Source: Treponemataceae bacterium (GTDB lineage: Bacteria > Spirochaetota > Spirochaetia > Treponematales > Rectinemataceae). From it: a DNA stretch of 64,000 nucleotides. The translations under genes were made by a program, and so were the position numbers. The stretch is from NCBI GenBank assembly GCA_963678065.2, contig CAXXVZ010000004.1, positions 224,001-288,000 on the forward strand. The letters are read 5' to 3'. Below the pieces are notes generated by a model. It was not told the origin of the DNA. It saw only the letters and a list, made by a program, of their open reading frames with translations, and searched no databases. Shown here piece after piece: positions 48,642 through 58,436 of this stretch (its first letter is position 1; every line of letters starts with the position of its first letter).

Positions 48642-50042
48642 ATGAACCAGAATCTTTTTGCCGCCGTCCGGAATGCGTTCCCTGAAAATCTCGACTCGGT
48701 CGCTATCGAAACGGCCGACGGTCCCGATGCCCCGAGGACATGGTCATGGGCCGACATCGACCGGGAAACCGCCCGGATCGCCAACCTGATCGACTCGCTC
48801 CGGATTCCCGCGTCGAGTCGCATCGCCGTGCAGACGGAAAAATGCGTCGAGGCACTCATCCTGTATCTGGGTATCCTGAGGGCGGGCCACGTCCACCTCC
48901 CCCTCAACACCGCATACCGTGCCGCGGAGATGGAGTATTTCCTTTCCGACGCGGAGCCGGCCGTCGTCGTCTGTTCAGGCGTCAATCTGGGATGGATCGC
49001 CCCCCTCGCGGCGAAGGCCGGCTGCCGGCACATATTCACGCTGAACGAGGACGGTTCGGGGAGCCTGGCCGAGTGCGCGGCGGCCTTCGGCGTCTTGCAG
49101 GAACCGGCAGCGCGGAAGGCTGAGGATCTCGCGGCCATCCTCTATACGAGCGGAACCACCGGCCGGAGCAAGGGGGCGATGCTGAGCCACGGAAACCTGC
49201 TCTCGAACGCCCTGGTCCTCAAGGAATACTGGGGATGGCGAAAGGACGACGTCCTCATCCACGCTCTGCCGATTTTCCACGTGCACGGGCTCTTCGTCGC
49301 CTCGCACGGCGCTCTATTCTGCGGCGCGAGGATGATCTGGTTCGGAAAGTTTTCCGCGCCCGCCGTCCTGTCCCGCCTGCCGGAGGCGACCGTTTTCATG
49401 GGCGTGCCGACGCTCTACGTGCGTCTCCTGTCCGAGCCTTCTCTGACCCGCGAGGCCTGCAGGAAGGTCAGGCTCTTCATCAGCGGTTCGGCTCCCCTCG
49501 CCATCGACACCTTCGAGGAGTGGAAGTCGCGCACGGGCCACACCATACTGGAGCGATATGGAATGAGCGAGACACTCATGCTCACCTCGAATCCCTACCG
49601 GGAGGAAGACGGAGAGCGGAGGGGCGGCACGGTCGGATTCCCCCTCCCGGGGACAGGGCTCCGCATCGTCGGGGAGGGAGAAATCGGGGGAATCGAAGTG
49701 CGCGGTCCGAACGTGTTCTCCGGATATTGGCGGATGCCGGAGAAAACCAGAGAGGAGTTCACGGCCGATGGCTGGTTCAAGACAGGCGTCGCCGCCGCAG
49801 TGGTGCCGCGGCAGGGATCGGTCCTCGATCCCGACCGGATACGCGATTTTCTCAGGACGGAAATTGCGGGATTCAAGGTTCCGAAGAGAGTGTTCGTGAT
49901 TCCGGAGCTGCCGAGGAATACGATGGGGAAGGTGCAGAAGAATCTGCTGCGCGAGCGCTACCGGACAGTATTCTCCGCTTTCTCCGGGACGGAGACGCAC
50001 GAAGGACAGGTTCGACCGGAACCAGGCCAGTCAGGTCTGTAA
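48642..50042 (+). pseudogene. matB: Malonyl-CoA synthetase-like acyl-CoA ligase with an internal in-frame deletion
   Basis: YTSGTTGRSKG, HALPIFHVHG, ERYGMSET and PRNTMGKVQK motifs are present. WFKTG is joined directly to VAAAVV, so the TGD, GRxKD and YPxEIE segment is missing. Confidence 0.75.
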
Positions 50043-50109
50043 CGAGGGTGGAGCTGATCAGAGAGGGAGTGATCGGCGGAGTCGGCCTCCCGCCTCGCCC
50101 CTCGCTGGA

Positions 50110-52452
50110 TCAGCCGAGGTCGCGGAATGCTGCGGGCGCCACTCCCTCATAGCGCTTGAAAGCCCTCGCCAGGGTGATCCGGCTCCCGCAGCCGACTTTC
50201 CCGGCGATTTCCTCGATGCTCAGTCTGCCTTCCCGTATGAGGGCCTCGGCCTCCCTGACACGGAGGATGTGGATGTAGTCCAGGAGTCCTACCCCGGCAT
50301 CCCTCTTGAAGGTGCGCGACAGATGGGGCAGGCTGACTCCGAAGCGATCGGCGATCGAGTTCACGCTGAGATTGCGGTCGCGGAAATTCTCCTCGACATA
50401 CCTGGCCACCGCGTCTTTCAGATTGACGGCGGGATCGGTCTTTCTTTCGCGGAAGTGCGATTCGAGCCTGATGAAAATTTCATCCACCTGCCGCTGCAGT
50501 TCAGGGATCGATTTCACGCGCGAGAGGCGGTCGACAGGATTCAGCTCCTCCATGAATCCCGGATTCAGGGAGGGACGGAGTTCGAACAGGATTTCCGACA
50601 CCATGTTCATCACGCCCGACATGCGCAATTTCGCCACCTGCAGGGACATTCCATTCTCCCCGGGCCCGCTCGCGAGGTAGCGGCGGACCTCGGTGGCCAC
50701 GGCGGGAAAGTCTTCGGCGTAGGCCCGTTCGGCGATCAGACGGTGGAGGGCGAGGCTTCCGCCGGGCGAGGTCACGGGACCCGTCATGTCGACGCTGTCG
50801 GCCAGGATGGTGACGTTCTTCTTCTCGAACAGGCCTATGGATTCGACGATCCTGTCGACTTCGGCGGCGGCGAGGGGCAAGGCCGAGAGGGTTTCGTAGA
50901 CGGCGCTCACGGCGAAGGAAAGCCCGATGTCGAACTTGTCGCGGAACAGGGCCCGGACTTTCACGGCGATCGTCACCATCTCGTCCATGGTCTCTTCCCA
51001 TCCCGGATCGGAGTCCTTCGTGACAGAAAGGTCGACCAGGCACATCGTCACGCCTTCGACATCCGTCGCGTAGGCGCGGTGGCGCTCCCCTGCGAGTTCC
51101 TCGAGAACACTCCGCAGCATGTACCCCACGAGGGCCACGGCGTCGGACTCTCCGGGCGGGCTCTGGCCCTCGATGGTCGCTCCCCTCTCATCGACGAGGA
51201 CCGCGATGAGGAGGAAATTTTCGGTGGGAAAAGCGATGCCGCATGCCGCGCAGGACTCGAGCAGGCTCGCCGTCTGGGAGGGGTGACTCCGGACAAGACG
51301 CGCGAGAAGGCTCCCGCGCACGGTCTCGTTCTGGCTGCGGATCGTCTCCTCGAGGTCCGCGTTTTCCTGGAGAAGCCGCTTGAGAGCCTCTTCCAGAAAG
51401 GGAAAATCCTTGCCGGCGCTCGTTTCGTCCCCGCCGAGCCGGTCGAGGAATATCTTCGTGAGGCGGCGGATCGGCGTATAGTTCTTCATCGCCATGAAAT
51501 ACGACAGCAGGAAACCGCCCGTGAGGCAGAAAATGACATAGCCCAGCATCACCCGCCTGATGAAGACGATGCTGCGCTTGTAGATGTCGGCGGGGATCAG
51601 GCTGACGTACCGGAGATCGGCCGCGTCGGAGCCTATTCCCGCCATGATATGGCGTTCCCCGCCGAGTCTCTTCTCGCGCATGCCGTACTGTTTCGACAGT
51701 GAACCGTATGCCAGCCAGGCCGGAGGGCTCGATCCGTCAGGGTCGCTGCGGAAGATGCCGTCGGGGGCCGAGATGACGAGCTTCGCGCGGCTGTTCCACC
51801 GCACCGTGTCCAGGAGTTCCGAAAGATTGCGGCCGTCGATCTTGATGGCCAGAACCGCGGGGACGCGGTCGATCCCCTCGAGGATGAATTTCTGCGTGAA
51901 CACGAACGAAGGGTTGACAGCCGGGCTTGAGGGCCGCAGCGCGAGGATGCGACGGTATCGTCCCGACCTGAGCATCGCTTCCCACTCCGACATCGGCATG
52001 CCGAAGCTCGTTCCCGCCGTCAGCTCGAATTCGTCCCCCTTGTAGCGGCTGACGTCCGAGAGCACATAGCCCGTTTTCGGAAGATACAGGTAGATGCCCT
52101 CGATGAAGGAATTGACCAGCTTGGCCTGCTGCAGAAGGTTCTGGACCTCCTTCATGGACATCCGCTGGAAGGGCGAGACCGGAGGGTTGGCGATCGCGAC
52201 GGATTGGACTTTCTCGTTGATCGAGAGCTGATCGGCCGTGATGAAGAGTTCCTTGAGTTTCGCATCGACGACTTGTCTCAGCAGCATCAGGGATGCCTTG
52301 TTGGCCTGCTCGGTCTCTTTCGCGATCATCGAGACGGAGGCGATGTAGATCATGAAGCTCACGGCGAGCGGCGCGAGGAAGAGAAGGGAGTAGGAGACCA
52401 GGAGATTGCGGAATGTCTGGAGTGTGAAGAGGAAAAAATTGCGCTTCTGCAT
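50110..52452 (-). CDS. Membrane-anchored AraC-family regulator with extracytoplasmic sensor domain (YesS-like)
   Basis: Two TM segments flanking a large sensor region, YTPI post-TM motif, and C-terminal AraC HTH. Confidence 0.85.
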   Translation of the reverse strand: MQKRNFFLFTLQTFRNLLVSYSLLFLAPLAVSFMIYIASVSMIAKETEQANKASLMLLRQVVDAKLKELFITADQLSINEKVQSVAIANPPVSPFQRMSMKEVQNLLQQAKLVNSFIEGIYLYLPKTGYVLSDVSRYKGDEFELTAGTSFGMPMSEWEAMLRSGRYRRILALRPSSPAVNPSFVFTQKFILEGIDRVPAVLAIKIDGRNLSELLDTVRWNSRAKLVISAPDGIFRSDPDGSSPPAWLAYGSLSKQYGMREKRLGGERHIMAGIGSDAADLRYVSLIPADIYKRSIVFIRRVMLGYVIFCLTGGFLLSYFMAMKNYTPIRRLTKIFLDRLGGDETSAGKDFPFLEEALKRLLQENADLEETIRSQNETVRGSLLARLVRSHPSQTASLLESCAACGIAFPTENFLLIAVLVDERGATIEGQSPPGESDAVALVGYMLRSVLEELAGERHRAYATDVEGVTMCLVDLSVTKDSDPGWEETMDEMVTIAVKVRALFRDKFDIGLSFAVSAVYETLSALPLAAAEVDRIVESIGLFEKKNVTILADSVDMTGPVTSPGGSLALHRLIAERAYAEDFPAVATEVRRYLASGPGENGMSLQVAKLRMSGVMNMVSEILFELRPSLNPGFMEELNPVDRLSRVKSIPELQRQVDEIFIRLESHFRERKTDPAVNLKDAVARYVEENFRDRNLSVNSIADRFGVSLPHLSRTFKRDAGVGLLDYIHILRVREAEALIREGRLSIEEIAGKVGCGSRITLARAFKRYEGVAPAAFRDLG

Positions 52453-52515
52453 TGTCTCAATCCTGCCCCGGGGCCAATCCTAACCGTCCGGCGGCCCGCC
52501 CGCAAGCTTTTAGTT

Positions 52516-52851
52516 TCACGCGGAGTCGACGCCGGCATCCGCGTCCCGGTCCGGAATCCCGATTCCCAGAAGCGCCGAAGCGAGGCTCTTGCCGTGCGCG
52601 TCGATCGCCAGGGATCGGGTCACGCCGCCGCCCAGCGCCTTCTTCATGACAAAATTCAGCGCGCCGAGTTTCGGAAGCTCGTAGCGGACAACCTCACCTT
52701 CGACGATCCCGGAGAACCACTTTCGGACTCTGTCTGCGGTGAGGAATTCCGCGATGCGGAGGTAGTCCGCCATGTCGAAGGCGATGACCGAGATGTTCGA
52801 AATGTCGCCCTTGTCGCCAGCCCTGGCGTGGGCGATTTCTCTGAGTATCAC
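52516..52851 (-). CDS. AtuA-associated small protein
   Basis: AHARAGDKGD, RYELP and LGGGVTRSL.IDAHGK motifs. GTGA overlap with the AtuA-family gene. Confidence 0.85.
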   Translation of the reverse strand: MILREIAHARAGDKGDISNISVIAFDMADYLRIAEFLTADRVRKWFSGIVEGEVVRYELPKLGALNFVMKKALGGGVTRSLAIDAHGKSLASALLGIGIPDRDADAGVDSA

Positions 52852-54236
52852 TTTGATCCCCTTCCCGCGCGGACTTCCCCGCAGTGCGCCGCGATCGCGA
52901 CATCATTCCTGTCGATGAAGATGGAGGCCACGGAGATAACGTCCCGCAGGTATTTCCGCGCGCCTCCTCCGCCCGACGGACCGTTCAGATAGAGCGCCTC
53001 GACCTCGTTGCCTATTCTTTCCGCGTCGCGCCTGTCCGCGGCCCGCGCAGCGACGCGGAGACGGACCTCGCAGGGTCCCCGGACCCCGCCGTCCGACCGG
53101 GCGCACAGGCGCTCTCCCAGTCGGTCCCCGTAGAGTGAGTCGACCCCCATATGCTCGATCCGCAGCTCCTCAAGCGGGATGCCGAGATGCTCAAGCCGCC
53201 TGCGCACGACGGAGCCGGCGAGCGCGGCGCGCTCCCGGGCTCCGGGCCCGCCGTAGCTGATCTCGCCCTCGCCGATGAAGCCGTCCGAGTAGCCGACGCT
53301 GACTTTCAATAGCCCGCTCCCCGCCTTCCCCGTCGCCCCCCGCACGCGGACCCTGTCCTTGCCGGCCTGATCGACCGTGACGCCCCTGTAGTCGGCGACA
53401 CCGTCCGGCGTGTGGTAGTTCGCAGGATCGTGGATCTCATAGATGATCTGCTCCTTGCAGGTGGCGGGAGAGACGAGTCCCCCGCTTCCCTCCAGCTTGG
53501 TGATGACGAAATCGCCGCTCTCGTCGACCTCCGCGATGGGAAATCCTACGTTCCAGAGCTCGGGCACTTCCTTCCAGCCCGGGTCCGCGAAGTATCCGCC
53601 CGTCACCTGGGAGGAGCATTCCAGCATGTGACCTGCCAGGATTCCTTTCCCGATCCGCTCATAGTCATCCGGATTCCAGCCGAATCCGTACATCAGCGGA
53701 GCGAGGAAGAGCGAGGGGTCGGCTATCCTGCCGCCTATGACTATGTCCGCCCCCTGGCGGAGCGCATCGACTATGCCCAAGGAGCCGATGTAGGCGTTTG
53801 CCGATATGATGCGGGAGGCGATACTCTCGAGCCTCTCGCCCGTCTCGAGGATTTCGTTCCCGAGATAGCGGTCTATCCTCCCAAGAACATCGTCTCCCGT
53901 GATGGCGGCGACCCGGAATCCTTCCATGCCCAGCCCGGCGGCCATCGCGCGCACGAGCCCGGCCGCGGCAAGGGGATTCGCCGCCCCCATGTTGGTGATG
54001 ACGCGGACCCTGCGATCGCGCAGAAGAGGGAGCATCCGCTCCATCCGATATTCCAGCAGTTCGTTGTAGCCGGTGGAGGGATCCTTCAGTTTCTGCCGCT
54101 GCGCCAGGGCGATCGTCCTCTCCGCGAGACATTCGAAGCCGATGTAATCGAGATCGCCCCTTTCGATAAGATCCAGGGCAGGCTCGATCCTGTCTCCGCC
54201 GTAGCCCGCGCCCGAACCGATTCTGAGTGTCTTCAC
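52848..54236 (-). CDS. AtuA/DUF1446-family protein
   Basis: GTG at 54236 after GAGGAG. RIGSGAGYGGDR, FECLAERT, GRIAD, GHMLEC and YEIHDP motifs. Confidence 0.9.
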   Translation of the reverse strand: MKTLRIGSGAGYGGDRIEPALDLIERGDLDYIGFECLAERTIALAQRQKLKDPSTGYNELLEYRMERMLPLLRDRRVRVITNMGAANPLAAAGLVRAMAAGLGMEGFRVAAITGDDVLGRIDRYLGNEILETGERLESIASRIISANAYIGSLGIVDALRQGADIVIGGRIADPSLFLAPLMYGFGWNPDDYERIGKGILAGHMLECSSQVTGGYFADPGWKEVPELWNVGFPIAEVDESGDFVITKLEGSGGLVSPATCKEQIIYEIHDPANYHTPDGVADYRGVTVDQAGKDRVRVRGATGKAGSGLLKVSVGYSDGFIGEGEISYGGPGARERAALAGSVVRRRLEHLGIPLEELRIEHMGVDSLYGDRLGERLCARSDGGVRGPCEVRLRVAARAADRRDAERIGNEVEALYLNGPSGGGGARKYLRDVISVASIFIDRNDVAIAAHCGEVRAGRGSK

Positions 54237-54280
54237 ACTGTCTCTCCTCGCGATATTTTCAGGGGAATTATCATATTCGT

Positions 54281-54323
54281 CCAATATATTTTTCTGATCA
54301 AACTAATATGTTTGAAGTATAAT
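54281..54323. promoter_or_regulatory. AT-rich divergent promoter with a probable LysR operator
   Basis: TCAAAC-N6-GTTTGA (54298-54315) and TATAAT between the divergent AtuA-family and LysR genes. Confidence 0.45.
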
Positions 54324-54373
54324 TTGAAGAATCTTCCGACAGACTGTCGCGGGATCGGAGATGGAGGCAGAGA

Positions 54374-55258
54374 ATGGAACTCAGGCATTGCAGGTATTTC
54401 ATCGCCGTGGCCGAAGAGCTGAGCTTCACAAAGGCCGCCGGCCGCCTCGGCATATCCCAGCCGCCGCTCAGCCAGCAGATCCGGAGTCTGGAAGAGGAAA
54501 TCGGGGTGCCGCTCTTTGTCCGGACCAAGCGCTCGGTGAGACTGACGGAGGCAGGGCGTCATTTTCTCGAGAAAGCATACCGAATACTCGGGGAGACGGA
54601 TCGAGCCGTGCAGGCGGCCAGGAGGGCGTCCCGGGGCGAGATCGGCGATCTGACGGTAGGCTTCGTCGCCTCCGCCGCCTTCGATTTTCTGCCGAGGGTC
54701 GTCGCGCAGTTCATGGCCCGGTACCCCGACGCGAAGCTGGAGTTGCGCGATCTTACAACGGTCGAACAGCTCCGGGATCTGGCGGAGGGCAGGATCGAAC
54801 TCGGCCTGATGAGGCCGCCGGTGGACGATCCGGAACTCCGGCAGGAACCCGTGATCCGGGAAGAGTTCGTGGCTGTCCTGCCTTCGAACCATCGGCTGGG
54901 ATCGCTCGCGTCGGTCGATCTCCGCTCTCTGGCCGAAGAATCCTTCATAATGGTTCCGGGCCGGGTGGCGCCCGGGCTGCGCTCCCAGACGGAACGTATA
55001 TGCCGCTTTGCGGGATTCGAGCCGCGAGTGCGTCTCGAGGTGGGGCAGCTCGATCTGGCGGTGAGCTTCGCGGCGGCGGGATTCGGCGTGGCCCTGCTGC
55101 CCGCTTCCATAGCCCTGTTCCGGCACGCGGGTGTCCTCTTCCGCCCGCTTGCAGGCCTCGCGGAGCGGGCGGAAATCGTGGCGGTATGGAAGCCCGGGGA
55201 GGAGTCCCCTACCCTGGTCAACTTCATGGAGATGGCGAGGTCCGCGGCGAAGCTCTGA
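54374..55258 (+). CDS. LysR-family transcriptional regulator
   Basis: MELRH.RYFIAVAEELSFTKAA..LGISQPPLSQQIR..LTEAG. Confidence 0.95.
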   Translation: MELRHCRYFIAVAEELSFTKAAGRLGISQPPLSQQIRSLEEEIGVPLFVRTKRSVRLTEAGRHFLEKAYRILGETDRAVQAARRASRGEIGDLTVGFVASAAFDFLPRVVAQFMARYPDAKLELRDLTTVEQLRDLAEGRIELGLMRPPVDDPELRQEPVIREEFVAVLPSNHRLGSLASVDLRSLAEESFIMVPGRVAPGLRSQTERICRFAGFEPRVRLEVGQLDLAVSFAAAGFGVALLPASIALFRHAGVLFRPLAGLAERAEIVAVWKPGEESPTLVNFMEMARSAAKL

Positions 55259-55323
55259 TTCGCAGGCGGGTCCATACCCCTCAGGATGTCGGAAAAATCG
55301 CTTTCAAGCCCCCGGAGGCGCCG

Positions 55324-55998
55324 CTAAAGGCAGGCTATCGGCGCGAGCTCCGGCAAACTGGCTTCGTAGCGGGTTTCAAGAAGATAGCGGGCGAGGTCGA
55401 AGACGGGCGCGCGGGCCCTGCACACGATGCCGGAATCCGATGTGGCGATGGCATCCCCCTCCCACGACGCGACGGGGCCATCCGCGCTGTGCACGAGGAA
55501 CACCTCGCCCTCGATTCCGCGGGCGGCGAGGAGCCCCCTCAGGGCGAGAGCGTGGGACGCGCTCCGGGAGACGGGTTCGTCGATATAGATGGCGGCGTAG
55601 GCGACGGCGAGCCGGGCAAGAGTCTCGCAGAGCCGGCTGGCCACATCGAGGAACTGGGACGAGTCCGCCACGCGTCCGTGGGCTCCGCCCGCGTCGCGGA
55701 GAAAGCCGTCGGTTGAGATGAACAGGGGATGTCCGCGCAGATAGTTCATCACGGTGAAAAGAACGTTGTAGCCGTCGATTGCGATGCGCGATCCGGCCGG
55801 CAATGTGGAGACGAGGCGCGTGGCGTTCCGGACAGAGACATCGCCCGGCATGATCCCGCGGAAAAGAACCATGCGCTCGGTCTTGCCCAGACGGTACCGA
55901 TCGCCGACGAGCTTGAGACTCGCCGCGAGGGGGTAGCCTCTGTCGAGGAGAAGGCGGTAGTCGCGCGCCGCCCGCACGAAATCTTCGGAAAACATCAT
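55324..55998 (-). CDS. DUF434-family protein (PIN-like fold)
   Basis: LLDRGYP..LKLVGDRY, IDGYNV, DGFLRD and TSDS motifs. Confidence 0.8.
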   Translation of the reverse strand: MMFSEDFVRAARDYRLLLDRGYPLAASLKLVGDRYRLGKTERMVLFRGIMPGDVSVRNATRLVSTLPAGSRIAIDGYNVLFTVMNYLRGHPLFISTDGFLRDAGGAHGRVADSSQFLDVASRLCETLARLAVAYAAIYIDEPVSRSASHALALRGLLAARGIEGEVFLVHSADGPVASWEGDAIATSDSGIVCRARAPVFDLARYLLETRYEASLPELAPIACL

Positions 55999-56021
55999 GC
56001 AGGTCCTCTCCGCACAGCGGG

Positions 56022-56063
56022 AAAAAGGGGACTGCCGAGGAATTGCTTCCCCGGCAGTCCCCC
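56022..56063 (-). terminator. Rho-independent terminator of the rhaM-URO-D-ABC operon
   Basis: GGGGACTGCCG...CGGCAGTCCCC stem followed by TTTTT on the minus strand. Confidence 0.8.
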
Positions 56064-56090
56064 TGGGAGCGATCGATCACATGAGGCCGA

Positions 56091-57287
56091 TCACCACTGG
56101 GGAGGATAGAAGGTGGCGACGTCCTTGGCGGTGATGATGTGCTGGGGCAGGTTGCGGCGGACCTCGACGGCCAGGCCGTTGAACCAGTCGGAGGCGGTCT
56201 TCACGGCGAGGGCGCCGTCGCCTTCGGCGGTCTGGTAGGTGATGGCGAAGAGCCTTCCGTCCTTGACCTGGTCCATGCCGATCTTGGAGTTGCCGGCGGC
56301 CACGACGACGACGTCCGAGCGTCCGGCCTTCTTGAGGGCCTCGGCGATGCCGAGGGCCTGGGCGGAGTCATCGGCGGCGAAGACGCCCTTCAGCTTGGGA
56401 CCGAAGCGGGTGAGCCAGTCGGAGACGAGCTGCATGGTCTTGTCGGCTTCGAAGCCGGGAGCCTGCTTGTCGAGGGTCTTGATCTCGGGGGCGTAGGTGG
56501 CCAGCTCGGAGATGGGGCCGAAGCAGCGGGCGAAGTAGGGCGAGCCGCCGGGGGCGTGCTGGACGTAGGCGACGCCGATTTCCGCGGCGCCGGGGTTGCG
56601 GCGGCGGAGCTCGTCGGCGAATACCCTGGAGAGGAGGCGCATCTGGCCGAAATCATCCGGGCCGGTCCAGGCGATGGCGTAGTTCATGGCCTCGGCTTCG
56701 GGGAGGGTGTTGAAGAGGATGAGGGGAATGCCGGCCTGGTTGATCTTGCGCGCCTGCTGGGGAGCGGTCTTGGCGTCGAGCGGGATGAGGAGGATCATGT
56801 CGGGCCTCTCGTTGATGGCCTGATCGATCATCTGGTTCTGGACCGCGAGGTCCCAGTTCGGAGAGAGGGCCTTGAAGCTCATCTTGTAGGCGTCGGCGAC
56901 TTTCTTGGCGCCCAGGGTGCAGGCCGTGGTCCAGGGATGGTCGCCGTGGACGATGAAGATCACTTTCTTCCCGATGGCGCCGTCGGCGGGGGACTTGGGA
57001 ATGTTCACTTTCTTGGTGTTCCAGCCGGCCCACTCCATGTCGTACCAGTGCATGGGATCGGTTTCGGGCAGGGAATCGGCGTTGGCGGGACGGACGGGAA
57101 CCTTGCGGTTGTCCGTGGAAGCCTTGAGAAGGGACTGGGTGTCGGCGGCCTTGAGCACGCTCGTGTCGACCTTGAGGGAAGCTGCGAGATTGGCTTTCTG
57201 GGCCGCACTGAGATTCTGCGCGAATCCCGTGGCCGCGACGACCATCATGAGGGCGATGGCGGCGAGGGCGATGAGAGATTTCTTCAT
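56091..57287 (-). CDS. Monosaccharide ABC transporter substrate-binding protein (RbsB-like) with N-terminal extension
   Basis: Signal peptide, HPWT, QNQMID and AADD...ALG motifs. GGAGG RBS. Confidence 0.88.
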   Translation of the reverse strand: MKKSLIALAAIALMMVVAATGFAQNLSAAQKANLAASLKVDTSVLKAADTQSLLKASTDNRKVPVRPANADSLPETDPMHWYDMEWAGWNTKKVNIPKSPADGAIGKKVIFIVHGDHPWTTACTLGAKKVADAYKMSFKALSPNWDLAVQNQMIDQAINERPDMILLIPLDAKTAPQQARKINQAGIPLILFNTLPEAEAMNYAIAWTGPDDFGQMRLLSRVFADELRRRNPGAAEIGVAYVQHAPGGSPYFARCFGPISELATYAPEIKTLDKQAPGFEADKTMQLVSDWLTRFGPKLKGVFAADDSAQALGIAEALKKAGRSDVVVVAAGNSKIGMDQVKDGRLFAITYQTAEGDGALAVKTASDWFNGLAVEVRRNLPQHIITAKDVATFYPPQW

Positions 57288-57416
57288 CCGAATGCCTCCT
57301 GGAAAAGTGATGTTCCTCCCGGTATCACACCCGACGGGCGATCCGGTTATGGAATCCGAACGGTATCGCGGGTCCTGCGGAGAGGTGGATACCCACCCAC
57401 CCGCGAAAATCCGCGT

Positions 57417-58436
57417 TCAGGCCCTCGGCCGCGTCTCCAGCTCCTTCATGAGCTGGGGTCTGCGTCCGAGGGTCCGCTCGTGCTTGTAGAGGACATAGGC
57501 CTCGTAGAGCACGACGAGGGCGAGGATGAGTCCCGCGAAGAATATCTTCACCTCGTTTCCGAGGCCGAAGAGAATGATCCCTGTGTACAGCATTTCGAGA
57601 GAGAGGATGGCCACGACGGTCTTGAGCACGCCGCCCTTGCCCCCCGCCATCGAAGTGCCGCCGATTATGGTCGCGGAGATGACGTACATGAGGGACTGGT
57701 CGCCGAGCTTCAGGGTGGCGGCGCTCGATTCCATCGCGAAGAATATCCCGCCGATCGCGGCCATCGCTCCTGAGAGAACGAAGGCTCCGATCGTGTAGTT
57801 GTCGGTCTTGATGCCGGCGAGCCAGGCTGTGTTCCTGTTTCCTCCGACGAGGTAGAAATTGCGGCCGGTCCGCGTCTTTCGGAGGAATACCTCGGCGAGA
57901 ATCACGAACAGGGCCGTTATGAGCACGCGGGGGGTCACGAGGGGGAGGAGCATCTTCGCGAGGAAGTCCGAGACCGCGAAGGCGTCCTCGGAGGAGAGGC
58001 TCACGGAGTTGCCCCCCGTGAACTGGTAGATGGCGCCCTGGAGAATCGTCATCGTGCCGAGGGTGACGATGAAGGAATTGATTTTCGCCTTGGCCACGAG
58101 AAGGCCATTCACGAGACCGACCAAGGCGCCTGCCGCGATCGCGAGGGGGACAGAGCCGAAGTAGCCGAGTTGCTCCTTCATGCCGAGGCCGATGACGCCC
58201 GCGAAGGTGATGACCGTGCCGATCGAGAGGTCGAGCTGGCCGCAGATCATGACGATCGTGAATCCGATCGCGACGCAGGCGTTCATGCCCACCGAGCGCA
58301 TGATGGTGGTCAGGTTGAATACGTTGAAGAACTTCGGAGCGAAGAGCGACATGAACGCGAAGACCGCGATGAAGAGGATGAAGATCCTGTACTTGTCTCC
58401 CCAGGAGAGGAGTTTGCTTTTGTCTATTTTACGCAT
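57417..58436 (-). CDS. Monosaccharide ABC transporter permease (RbsC-like)
   Basis: DLSIG, FIVTLG, VGGN and IIGGTSMAGGKG motifs. Confidence 0.92.
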   Translation of the reverse strand: MRKIDKSKLLSWGDKYRIFILFIAVFAFMSLFAPKFFNVFNLTTIMRSVGMNACVAIGFTIVMICGQLDLSIGTVITFAGVIGLGMKEQLGYFGSVPLAIAAGALVGLVNGLLVAKAKINSFIVTLGTMTILQGAIYQFTGGNSVSLSSEDAFAVSDFLAKMLLPLVTPRVLITALFVILAEVFLRKTRTGRNFYLVGGNRNTAWLAGIKTDNYTIGAFVLSGAMAAIGGIFFAMESSAATLKLGDQSLMYVISATIIGGTSMAGGKGGVLKTVVAILSLEMLYTGIILFGLGNEVKIFFAGLILALVVLYEAYVLYKHERTLGRRPQLMKELETRPRA

